Assembly (NCBI GenBank): GCA_964035545.1
Contig: CAXIUT010000103.1
Location: 620,001-684,000, forward strand
Direction of reading: 5' to 3'
From: Bugula neritina
Taxonomy: Eukaryota; Animalia; Bryozoa
Length of the DNA stretch: 64,000 nt
Shown: positions 12,901 through 24,509 of the stretch, in pieces
Numbering within the stretch: the stretch's first letter is position 1
Layout: each line of letters opens with the position of its first letter
Notes under the pieces: generated by a model
Database searches by the model: none
What the model was told of the DNA's origin: nothing
Seen by the model: the letters and a program-made list of their open reading frames with translations, nothing else
Translations under genes and position numbers: made by a program

Positions 12901-15614
12901 CATCAGCAAAAGTTTGGCCTTGCAGTTATTATGGAAATACCATTGATGCTGGAAGACCTTTGCATTGTACACCCGCTTTTACTATTGAATTTAGATGTTT
13001 TATTTTCCCATCCCCTCTCCTGCCCCCCTTGTCCCCTCTAACAACCAGCAATCCTGACTCATGTGAATTGTGTTATTGTTCTAGAGTTGGCCCATGGGCC
13101 TACAGTATACGATTTGAAGCTTTATAGTTTACAGGCAGTGGAGATGAGTCACTGCTAAAACCCATTTTGTTAGTAGACTATTTTGCTCTTCAATCATCAG
13201 TTTTCATATTAAAAGAGAAAGCTCATCTGCAGCGCCATTTCACAGTGTTATATTTTGCTAGAGCAATAACTAATTTTAGATGCCTTTGCAAACATATGAG
13301 AAATAAATGAGTCATTCTATGAAAAGAGGTGTTTGCAGCAATTGTCCACTTTTGATTTACAAGCGGCATGGAAACTTTTGTAGTTTTAAATAATATCTCC
13401 AAACTCATCACTTGCATGTGTTTATAGACTTGATAAATTTTTTTATGCAAAACTTGATGCCTGCTTCAAAGACACCAGTGCTTAATTACTGTGTTAACTG
13501 TATTGGCACGTTGCCATGAGATATTTGGTAATATTTCGCATCACAACAAACTCTTCAGAAAGTTAAGAAAATCAGTCTAGAAAGTTAATGAAATAAACCT
13601 ACCAGAAAGAGTAAGCCAGATGTAACAAGTAGATCCAAAACAAGTTGATTAACAATTGAAGTTGAAATCTCCATGTAGTCAACACTTTAGTCCTAATGTC
13701 AAATGCAAACGTCTGCAATCAAACTGTGTAGACTTCATGAGCTGGTTAGCTGAAAGGACTCATTAAAGTTCTTAACTCTTGTGTGTATAGTGATGCCCAT
13801 CTTGAACTAGAGAGGGCTGACTGAAGACTGCTACTTTGTGAAAATTGACAATGCATATTATTATTATTCATTGTTGAGATTCACGACTGCCATAAACAAT
13901 GATAAAATATTCATTGTTGGTACTACTGAGTAGAATAAAATATAATATAATATTATTTTCTGGACAAATAAATAATATCAAATGCATATTATAATTTACC
14001 ATAAATCTACAGTGCTTCACATCTTCACTTTTTTCTGGAATGTTATTTCTTTGCAGTTAGAAGTACTAGTTGAAAATATGACTATGAAACATAACCCTTC
14101 AATTTCATTGCACCAGCACCAGTTGCAAGATAGGTGTGTTGGGCGTTATCTTTCCCAAAATTTTGTTCTTTGTGTTTATACGAAGCAGACACAGGCTAAT
14201 ATTAGTTTTGTTATTTGCAAGAGTTTTTCTGTCTGATTGTCCATCAGCAAAAGTTTGGCCTTGCAGTTATTATGGAAATACCATTGATGCTGGAAGACCT
14301 TTGCATTGTACACCCGCTTTTACTATTGAATTTAGATGTTTTATTTTCCCATCCCCTCTCCTGCCCCCCCTGTCCCCTCTAACAACCAGCAATCCTGACT
14401 CATGTGAATTGTGTTATTGTTCTAGAGTTGGCCCATGGGCCTACAGTATACGATTTGAAGCTTCATAGTTTACAGGCAGTGGAGATGAGTCACTGCTAAA
14501 ACCCATTTTGTTAGTAGACTATTTTGCTCTTCAATCATCAGTTTTCATATTAAAAGAGAAAGCTCATCTGCAGCGCCATTTTACAGTGTTTTATTTTGCT
14601 AGAGCAATAACTAATTTTAGATGCCTTTGCAAACATATGAGAAATAAATGAGTGATTCTATGAAAAGAGGTGTTTGCAGCAATTGTCCACTTTTGATTTA
14701 CAAGCGGCATGGAAACTTTTGTAGTTTTAAATAGTATCTCCAAACTCATCACTTGCATGTGTTTATAGACTTGATAAATTTTTTTATGCAAAACTTGATG
14801 CCTGCTTCAAAGACACCAGTGCTTAATTACTGTGTTAACTGTATTGGCACGTTGCCATGAGATATTTGGTAATATTTCGCATCACAACAAACTCTTCAGA
14901 AAGTTAAGAAAATCAGTCTAGAAAGTTAATGAAATAAACCTACCAGAAAGAGTAAGCCAGATGTAACAAGTAGATCCAAAACAAGTTGATTAACAATTGA
15001 AGTTGAAATCTCCATGTAGTCAACACTTTAGTCCTAATGTCAAATGCAAACGTCTGCAATCAAACTGTGTAGACTTCATGAGCTGGTTAGCTGAAAGGAC
15101 TCATTAAAGTTCTTAACTCTTGTGTGTATAGTGATGCCCATCTTGAACTAGAGAGGGCTGACTGAAGACTGCTACTTTGTGAAAATTGACAATGCATATT
15201 ATTATTATTCATTGTTGAGATTCACGACTGCCATAAACAATGATAAAATATTCATTGTTGGTACTACTGAGTAGAATAAAATATAATATAATATTATTTT
15301 CTGGACAAATAAATAATATCAAATGCATATTATAATTTACCATAAATCTACAGCGCTTCACATCTTCACTTTTTTCTGCAATGTTATTTCTTTGCAGTTA
15401 GAAGTACTAGTTGAAAATATGACTATGAAACATAACCCTTCAATTTCATTGCACCAGCACCAGTTGCAAGATAGGTGTGTTGGGCGTTATCTTTCCCAAA
15501 ATTTTGTTCTTTGTGTTTATACGAAGCAGACACAGGCTAATATTAGTTTTGTTATTTGCAAGAGTTTTTCTGTCTGATTGTCCATCAGCAAAAGTTTGGC
15601 CTTGCAGTTATTAT

Positions 15615-15622
15615 GGAAATAC
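15615..15622 (+). repeat. Target-site duplication, left copy (GGAAATAC)
   Basis: Occurs once at this offset in uninterrupted units (e.g. 872-879) and is duplicated on both sides of the insertion. Confidence 0.92.
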
Positions 15623-16687
15623 CAGTGCATCACACGGCTTTTACGACTGTCAGGGTCGATCCTCATTTTGCCATTTTGCGATATTAGCCGCAATAAACAA
15701 TATATTTTCGTGCGATAACATCGACTGTCTAGGGCGCTACTGTTGACGAATCAGAACAAAGAGAGCACATGAGTGCTGTAAACATGTACGTGTTGTTATG
15801 GTTACTAATGATGATCTGCTAAGTAATTTTTGTAGTAGACAACTCTCACAGAAATCATTAATTTGTCTTTTCCTTATTTAGCTAACAACTTTTGCCTAGA
15901 AAAGAGAGAAGGCAAGGTGGCTCAAGCGATGCTGTATTTTTTTAGAATGTTTTAGCTTAAATTCTGTTTGGTTTATCCTACTAGAATGTTACCTGCTGCA
16001 GCATCAACACTATCATTGCAAAACTATATCTACTTATAACAAAATCTTGATGCCCATAGCAAAATTATCTACTTTATTGTGGCGGATGTGCAAGAGTTTG
16101 GAGTCATCTCATCAATTACACATAGCAACAGAAGAACACAATATAGAAATAACAGAAAGCCAAAGACGGTATACCTTTATTTTTAACCAAGAAAGAATTT
16201 TGTTAAACATTATATTGTTAAGTTCACCATAAAAAAACTGATTTTACAAGTGGTTACATCTTTTCCGAAAATAAAGGTGCCATGAAGCAGCCGAAAATGA
16301 AGTCGTCCGCTCACCAGACACCTAAAAAATAATTATGCAACATGATATTTTTAAAATTAAACACAGATATGCAACAGTCATCACCTACATAATTTTTTAT
16401 AAATTTAACAAGCTTGTTTAGTGAAAGTGTATAATACAAACACTAATGTTGATAGCGAAAATGCCATGTTCATGCAAGATAGTAAATCAATATAAATAAG
16501 AACTCATATCATATCTATGTTATATATGTATTCAATTCTGGTTTATGCTTTATGCCTTCAACTATGAGTGCACAACCACTAATCCTATTTCTACCAACAC
16601 CATCTCTACCGCTAACAGTACTAACGTCAGAACCAAAAACAACTTCACCACTACTACTAATAATTCTATTATTTTATTATTATTACT

Positions 16688-16853
16688 TCTACTACTATAC
16701 TACTATACTACTGCTACTACTACTACTACTAGTGCTACTGCTACTACTACTTCTACTACTGCTGCTGCTGCTACTACTTCTACTACTGCTACTACTGCTG
16801 CTACTACTACTACTGCTACTACTACTACTGCTACTACTACTTTTACCACTACT
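16688..16853. repeat. (ACT/GCT)n compound trinucleotide microsatellite
   Basis: Directly visible. It produces the poly-T/A, poly-L and poly-V ORFs in the track. Confidence 0.95.
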
Positions 16854-18699
16854 AATATTGTTTCTACTACAAATACTGTAAATCTTACCAGCAGCAAGTT
16901 ATATTGGAAACTGTTTGCTCATATTTTTATCATTGTATTAGTGCAATAACAAAATGTTTATATTTTAATATAGTCAAACCTTTTAAAAAACTAGGCTGCT
17001 ACTTATGAACTAAGAAGTTGTGCTACCCACCTTGATATGCACTCAGCTCCAACACCAAGCAGGTGGTTATGATGCTTCTCCACAATAGCCAGGCTATCCA
17101 GCTGTCCGATTGTATGCATCTACGTAAAAATTATTGGCATATGGTGCAAGAAATGATTAAAAACCAGATAGGTGTGCTAGAATTTATACAGCATAATATA
17201 GAGTAAGGTAAAAGAGAACAGACCGTCAAGTGGTACAGCATAGAAACAATTACTAGCTATTATATGCTTTATAGAAGTTGGCAAATTGTAGCCCACTAGA
17301 TATGAACTTTAGTTAGCATTTTATTTTGGCTTTCAGCAACTGCTTTAATCACTGATCTTGGTAAAACCAATATGTTTACAAATTAACACCTCCACTAGAT
17401 AGGTATACAGGTCAAAATATTCCAATTGGTGACATACTAAAAGAAAATGTATATTTATTCATTTTTAAAAGATTGCTAATAATTTATAAAACAGCGTCGA
17501 AATCACTAAAGTAACAGCGCAAATAAGTTTATTAAACAGCATTATAGGATTGCCTATTACTAGTTTCATGATTTCTATTATTTTACTGGTTTCAAACATA
17601 ATATAGGCTGAAAAAGCAATATTAGTTCTCTCACTTTTGCTAACTACATTGCTTGGAAGGCCATCATAATTAGATTAGATCAAACAAATGTGTTGACAGG
17701 TAGACTGGAACAGGCCTAAAATTTGCAAGGTATAATTTAAATTTATCTGGCCTGAAATTGCTGAAACTGACAATACAATAATATGAGAAACGAGCAGGGT
17801 TTTTTATTAAAGCTAGCAAAAATAATTCCTCTACATATAATTAACATACAGTCCATACATATAATATATTACTATGTCCAGGCAGCAGTGCTTGTTCTAG
17901 CCAAAAGAAAACTGATTTAATGGCTGATTTTAATGGCCAACAAGAAATTTATGGCGCACAGTGGCATTGTCATATTTTTAATATTCAAAATTACAGTTCT
18001 AATCTATCAATCATTTTATCAATACTACTATACTATAATCTACTCCTGCTGCTGCTGCTGCTGGTTCTACCACTGCTACCATACTGTTGAGTAATGCAAG
18101 CTAAGTAATTTAAATTACAATTAAAAAAGTTATCGGACTTTCTTTTCTATTACCTGTCTAGTTTAGCATTTCTTTCATCATAGCTTGCCATATTAACTTG
18201 AAAATTCACAGGGTTTGAGTTAGACCTATGGAATATACTTACAAGTAGAATGAACCCACAGTTCTGCAATATATCATAAAAACATTCAAAATAAAACTAT
18301 AGGAAAACCAAGTAAATGCTTCTAAGTATTAGCGCAAGTAAAGATGCTATGCAATCTATCCAACATGCAGCCAAATGTCTCAAAATAGGCTTCAGAGTTA
18401 TAAATATAAAATGTTTCCAAATCAAGGCTAGCAACACTTCTGTTGTTGTGATAGCAAATTTTGCTTAATAAAGTAAGGAAACCAGCTTCCCTTGCATGAC
18501 TCAATTTCTATTAAAGAAAAATTATACTCTCCTATAATCGCTGAAACACAGGCCTGTCACAAGTACATGAATGGTAAATCTAGATGTTTCCCTAAAACCA
18601 TCATCAAAACAGTAAACACACTGCAAAATATTTATTTTTACTTTTTCTGCTCAAACATTTAAATGGGCTCTGCAGGATATGACAAATACCAAAATAATT

Positions 18700-19200
18700 C
18701 CACTTTGTGAACTAGCAAATATGGACAAACAACCACCCTAATATTCACGCCAAAAGAAAAGTCTACGCAGTTGGTGTTCTCAGCATTCTTCCTTGTGGAT
18801 CAAAAACATGGGCAACATGTGGACTGCAAGAATCAAAGCTCAGCACTTTTCATACCTGGAGTTTAAGATGCATGTTGAGTAAAATCTGGGAAGATAAAAT
18901 GATAAATGAAGATGTATTTGAAATCACAGACTCGGATTCTCTTTCTTCAAAACTGAATTTCTTCTGTCTTCACTGGGCTGGTCAACATGCCAAAGTATCT
19001 CATCCGCCGCACTCGATTGCATGCATTAATATCAAAAGGAACTCATCCAGCTAGAAGAACTTATATCTAAGGTTTGAGGATGTCCTGAAACAAGAGCTTA
19101 AGGAATTTTACATAAAATCCAATCAATTTACCACCTCTCAAATGGAGGCAAAGCATTCTTGCAGGATGGGCATTCAACACTGGAAACAATATAAAGGGAG
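18700..19200 (+). mobile_element. RTE-clade non-LTR retrotransposon 3' fragment (degenerate)
   Basis: Reads IWTNNHPNIHAKRKVYAVGVLSILPCGSKTW...QESKLSTFHTWSLRCMLSKIWEDKMINEDVFE...LHWAGQH, later LRFEDVLKQELK and KWRQSILAG. These are typical post-RT motifs of RTE elements (K.VY...VLS.LLYGSETW; W.DK..N; LRWAGH). Boundaries approximate. Confidence 0.85.
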
Positions 19201-20569
19201 CTATGGCTAGATGTTCAAGACATGAATGCTAAGGGTGTCATGTATATGATCACTGAGATATTTATGACAATCTCTCAATATACCTTAGCATATTAAATAT
19301 GCTTGTAGTTATAGCTATTACTATAGTTGTTATATATGCTACTAACTAACAAGCAATAACCGTATTACAAACATAGGTGAATAAGAAAAATAATTCAACA
19401 GTGGTGATATCAGTATAGGTATTATAATTTAGCAATTGGCATACAAATTAAAAATGATGAATATAATGATGGTTAAAGTTATTAGATACCTAAACTTATA
19501 CCTATATTAATTAAAACAGTGACTTGTTGAAAAATAAATAAATTAATATTCATTAAAACTTTATTAAATTAAAAGATAATGTTGAAGTAAAATGAACAGT
19601 TAAAATTAATTTATTCACAATAATTTTAACTTTTTATGATCAACCTTAAAATAAAAACTCAAGTATTTGTAGCAAAGTTTTGAATAAAGTTGGATTTTGC
19701 AACGGTTTGAGATACTTTCACTAGCACTATGTGCATAACTGTATAAGTTTTATCATATTAATACAGTTACATACTCATACTCAAATATATAGTAACATTT
19801 TCAATAAATCAGGTATTGGTATTGAGATTGCGTTGGTCGAGATAACATCATGGTTACTCACTTATGGTTGTATACTTTAGCTTATACTTTTAGTTACATG
19901 TACTACTGCCCTATTATTAAACTTAATCTTAGTCTGTCATCACTTAGAAAACATAGTTCAGTCTTGAGGCAAATCAGTTTGAGTGTCGTTAGTTTCATTA
20001 CCACTAATCATTAGATTTAGTCAGTGTACTTAAAATTTATTGATCAATATTACCATCAAATTTAAGTGACTATTATTATGAATACTATATCTATCAAATA
20101 TCAAAAACTGCAAGCTTAATAAGTATGATTAAGAAAATCACAGCCAACATGGCGATGATTGAATTGTATGCTCGTGCTATTGAGATTCCTAACATAAAGG
20201 TTAACCTTACATAATGATTAGATAACAATCATATTCAATTTTTCATTACTGTCATTTGTTAGGAAAAGCATCCAGTCATAATTACTCCTATGCTCCAACC
20301 AAATAATTGCTTAGCCCCATTTAACAAAAAACCTTTCCCATCAGGGGTTTCTCACAGGGATGCCAACTATAAACTTGCGCAAGTTTTATTTAATAGTAAA
20401 TTAATTTACTTATATAAAAATTATTACATTCACAGTGATACATTGATGGTCATAATGTTTTATATATCAATATCATCATTATGATACAATTATCACTATT
20501 ACTATATGATATCTTATCAATAAAATTTCATAAAGTTCATGAAAAACATTAAATATAACAATTTAATTA

Positions 20570-21830
20570 AAACTAAATCACTGCCAAAGGGCAAGGTAGA
20601 GTCAAAATTAAATAAGCTATAGGGTGTAGGCTATAAGTGTAAGTATAATTATCACTATAAAACTAAGTGACTGATGAGTTGGTACTTGGTAGAATAAACA
20701 TAAAATGAACATAAACAATCATAAACTAAAACACCATTACATATATGATTTATGACCCTTTGGTTTCTATTTTTAATTTTAGCTTTACCTTGTCTTTTGG
20801 CATTGGTTATAGTATTAGTTTAGGTTACACCACTATCAGTTACTATGACTATGAGTATGAGTGAGTAGCCTTGCCCGTAGAACTAGGAGTAAGAGTAGAT
20901 CACTAGAAGTAGAAGTATGGGTATCGGGGTGTGACTATAAGTATAACTCATAGTCATAGTATGATTATCTTACTGAAAGTGATACTCATAAACCTCAAGT
21001 GATAATCATAATGATACTCAGCATGACATGTAAGGTGTATGATAGTCAGTCTCGGTTATACAGAGTAGAATATCAAACTTTAAGTTTAACTGCTACTTTG
21101 AAGTAGGACTTAGACATCACCATTTATGGGTATGTCATGCCGTCATAGACTATAGACATAGTATAAGGTTCTAATACTATAAGTATAACTATTACTACTA
21201 TAAGTATAAGTCTTTAAGTTTAAGTATAACTATATTTACTATTGATTAATTTCGATTTGATACTATTACTATTAGTAATACTGTATTAGTATTAGTATTA
21301 CACTTTACAGTATTACTATTAGTATTAGTTGATCCCATACTGATAGTGATACTCATACCACTACCATTATGATTATGATTAAGAGTACTACAGTGAGTTA
21401 TACTCACAGCTATACTGATTACTAATTTAAGATCACTCTAATCAGTAACTGTTATCACTAAGTATTAGTGGATTATTTATCATTTTATGATTTTATCATA
21501 GTCATAGTGAAACTGATTGAGTAATACTTATAGTTATAGCTATATTCATATTGGTAGTGATACTGATAGTGATGCTGATAGACTTAGACTTAGAGTTAGA
21601 GTGTGAGTCAGAGTGAGAGCGATATTCATGTTTATAAATATGATTATCATTATAACTAAGACTAAGAGTAAGAGCAAATGTAAAGTCTAATCGTGACATT
21701 ATAACTATTACCATTAGTGCATTCGTATTACTATTAGTATTAGTATTACTAATTATTAATCTATTTTCCAATAATAACCATGCATATGCCCTAGCCTATA
21801 ACTATAAGTTTGAGCACGCCTATGGTATTC
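20570..21830. repeat. Low-complexity region with degenerate hexamer periodicity (AGTATT/AGTATA/ACTATA-like)
   Basis: Recurring tagtat, agtata, actata and gagtaa motifs. The alternating-residue ORF 21502-21771 (SNTNTNSN, SISITISIT) reflects a 6-bp period. Confidence 0.75.
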
Positions 21831-22232
21831 AAAATTGAAATTGAATCTTTGGGTCATTTGACCAAAGGAGCCGCGGACTCAATTAGGCATTGGACCTTGG
21901 GGGCGATTCTAGTGTTCAAGTAGAACCGATATTCGGTCAAAACAGGTCTGGTCTATCATGGTGGCCAGTAATTTATCTGCGCAAATTTACTCGACTCTTG
22001 TGTTCATAATAAACTCGGCCTGACTACTCCGCAAATGGGGCGATAATCATAAATTTCATAATAATATATTATTAGAGACTAATTTAGTATGTATACACAT
22101 GTCGGTAATTACAATCTAGTTCCATTCTTCAGGAAAACCCATTACGGATCAGGTTGGTACTATTGCTATTAGGTTGAGAATATTATTAGTAAAACAATCA
22201 CAATGTGCTCATTTTTGATATAAATTATTATT

Positions 22233-22312
22233 ACTACTAGTACAGTAGTAGTACTAGTAGTAGTAGTACTCTAGTTACTAGTACTAGTAGTAGTAGTAGG
22301 CCCACTAGTAGT
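22233..22312. repeat. Degenerate (TAG)n microsatellite
   Basis: Runs of tagtagtag and tactag. Confidence 0.85.
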
Positions 22313-22684
22313 TATGGTGTCTAATACCTTGATTGAGAACTGTGAAAATCATTAGATTTAGTGATAACAGACTACCACTGTAAGTCTGTAAGTGCTTTAG
22401 TACTAGATGTACCACAAGTATCAATGCTTTAGGTTTTTATGGTGTTAAATACTCATTTTTTACAGTGATTGTTATTTTATTGGTACGTGTTCTGTTACTT
22501 GTGAGTATTGTTACAATTCCAAATGAATAAGCCATTTTAAGTAAATACTCTTATACGGTGTGAATATTGATATGAATTATATGTTTCACATTTACCGCTA
22601 TAGTTTTATCAGTATGATATACATTTTTTTAATAATAATGATCATAAAACATCATCATTAAAAGTGTAAAGTTTTACTCCACTT

Positions 22685-23200
22685 TTTGGGACCAGTTGCT
22701 GCTTCTGGTAGCATAGGTAGAGTCTTTGCTCATTTATCCTAACACACTAAGGTTTGAGTTTTATCTTTATTGCAACATCCAAAAACCTTTGCCGACCTTG
22801 TTCTTACAATCAACTATGAAACCTTGTGAGTCTATGCCTAGTAGATGCATTACTGATAAATAACTAATAATATCTGCTTGTTATATGGGGAAGAATTTTT
22901 TGCATAGTAATTTCTCTCGTGTTTGTATTTTGATTTTTCTAATGTCAATATACTTAAGAAATATCCTGGAAAGCATTTTTTGCCAGTTCATTTCTTCTCT
23001 TTATTTCTTGTTCATTTTAACCATGCAATATCAGTTATTAACTCTCCAAGGTATACTGTTTTAATTATTCGTTGCTCTGGTGTAGCATCTAGGATGGTGT
23101 TGATTTTAAGTGTGGTGCAGACTTTTTGAAAATCATGGCTTTTGTTTTAAAACCTTTCTTATCCATATCACAAAGTTTTCTTGCTTGTTTACCGCAATGA
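22685..23200 (-). mobile_element. RTE-clade LINE fragment (degenerate, internally deleted)
   Basis: The minus strand gives, with frameshifts, KTKAMIF, VYLGELITD, EQEIKRRNELAKNAF, RKIKIQTREKLL, GRQRFLD and YATRSSNW, in the order expected for the RT C-terminus and tail of RTE elements. Confidence 0.75.
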
Positions 23201-23643
23201 GTCTTAATCTAAATAAAAAAGCAATATTTGATCAATTAAATTTTCAATCTGAAATTGGTTTTCAAACTGCTTTTGCCATTTAGTGTTCTTTTGCTGATGC
23301 TATATTAATGTGATTTTAAAAGGGAGTTTGCTGCGTTATTAGATGTACTTATAATATGGGTATTTAAGTTCAATGGGAATATAAATATCCTTTTCATTAT
23401 TGAAATGTTCACAATGACAACTCTGTTCATATGAGCTGCTGACTACAACTTAAAAGTTATCTGTTTGGAATGATTTTTATAGACTCTTGATAATGATTGC
23501 GTATGATTTACAGTACAATACTATTTACCAACTATTGTTCGATGGTCACATGTCTTGTTTTATTTTTTCATTTTTTTTGTTTTCAATATGAGCAAACAAG
23601 TAAGAATTGTATGGGTACGTTAAATTATTATTTAATTTTTCAG

Positions 23644-23769
23644 AATATTTCAGTTGGTGACCACTGTGGAGGAATTGAATGGAAAGCTGCAAAGACGGTT
23701 TCAGGCACTTATATGTAAGGCATTGGATATGGAGAGAGGGAGATCTGTGCTTATCCTTATATAATGCAA
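23644..23769 (+). pseudogene. Degenerate exon of KDZ/Zisupton-type transposase
   Basis: Bounded by ttttcag| and |gtaagt. Reads NISVGDHCGGIEWKAAKTVS, then through frameshifts RH / LICKALDMERG / EICAYPYIMQ. This matches the recalled Zisupton-type pattern CG..W.AA...CRH..L.AL(N/D)M.RGE..AYP..LQ. The intervening LDE.G segment appears deleted. Confidence 0.75.
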
Positions 23770-24391
23770 GTAAGTTAATTAATGTATTGCTGGCTTTTAT
23801 TTATATGCATATAAAGTTTGTTTAGTGACTATTTGTGCTTGAAATTATTTGCAAAATTTAATTTGTCCTCTGCTTATAAAAATCTATTCAGAACTTTTTG
23901 CCTGTAGAATCTTCAACGTTTTAATTATATTTTTGTGGAGTTTTAGAAACAATTTCTTGGTACACAATCTGTTGCTACCAATGTAAGGTGACGGTACTTC
24001 TCTTGACTTCTAAAATGCAAGCAAAGCTTGTTTCCTCTCACGATTACTTTTTGAGTGTGATGTTCGCTAAGGCACACATTTGAACATGTCAGTTACTACA
24101 CTTTAATAGATGTTTTAGTATTAGATATATTTTAGTTTTAGGTAACATGAAATATTGAAAATAATGTATGCGAATCTGGTGAATGTTTAGACTTCAACTA
24201 CCCCTATGCAAATGCAGGTTTAAACCATATAATCAAACTAAAAATCAATTATTTTTCTTTATATTTGATTTCTAGTTTTTTAGGTGAGAACTTGTTTTGT
24301 TTTGTTAAAAATTGTGGTTGGAAAATATCCTTATTCACCAGGCCACAGCTGCAACATTTACACTGCATGTCATCGTGATTTATGATTGAAG

Positions 24392-24509
24392 GCTAAGTGC
24401 AGTGGTAGAGTGTGGCAAGGCATAGGTCTAAGTACTGAAGAGACCACGGAGCAGAAAAATATTTATATCTCAAGATGTGGCTTGATTACACAGCATATGA
24501 ATTATGATG
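24392..24509 (+). pseudogene. Degenerate exon of KDZ/Zisupton-type transposase (catalytic Glu region)
   Basis: Reads AKCSGRVWQGIGLSTEETTEQKNIYISRCGLITQHMNYD followed by |gtaac. This matches the KDZ pattern G...G.G.T.GE..EQ.NS.LSR....T..M and lies in the correct order downstream of the previous exon. Confidence 0.8.

Larger units (their letters stand above)
1..15622. repeat. Macrosatellite tandem array, left arm (~11.6 copies of a 1340/1341-bp unit)
   Basis: The sequence at position 1 recurs at 1341, 2681, 4021 and onward. The ORF track repeats with period 1339-1341 (580, 1920, 3260 ... 15323). Units differ only by scattered SNPs and poly-C length. Confidence 0.99.

Noticed and set aside
16545-16949. 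Thr-rich mucin-like, poly-Leu and poly-Val ORFs
   Set aside because: Artefacts of the (ACT/GCT)n microsatellite, which is open in several frames.
21502-21771. 89-aa minus-strand ORF
   Set aside because: Its alternating residues arise from the hexamer low-complexity DNA.
23150-23200. Plus-strand KPFLSIS as the KDZ PFLSVMHA motif
   Set aside because: It is in the wrong order relative to the other KDZ motifs and is better explained as the antisense of the RTE fragment.
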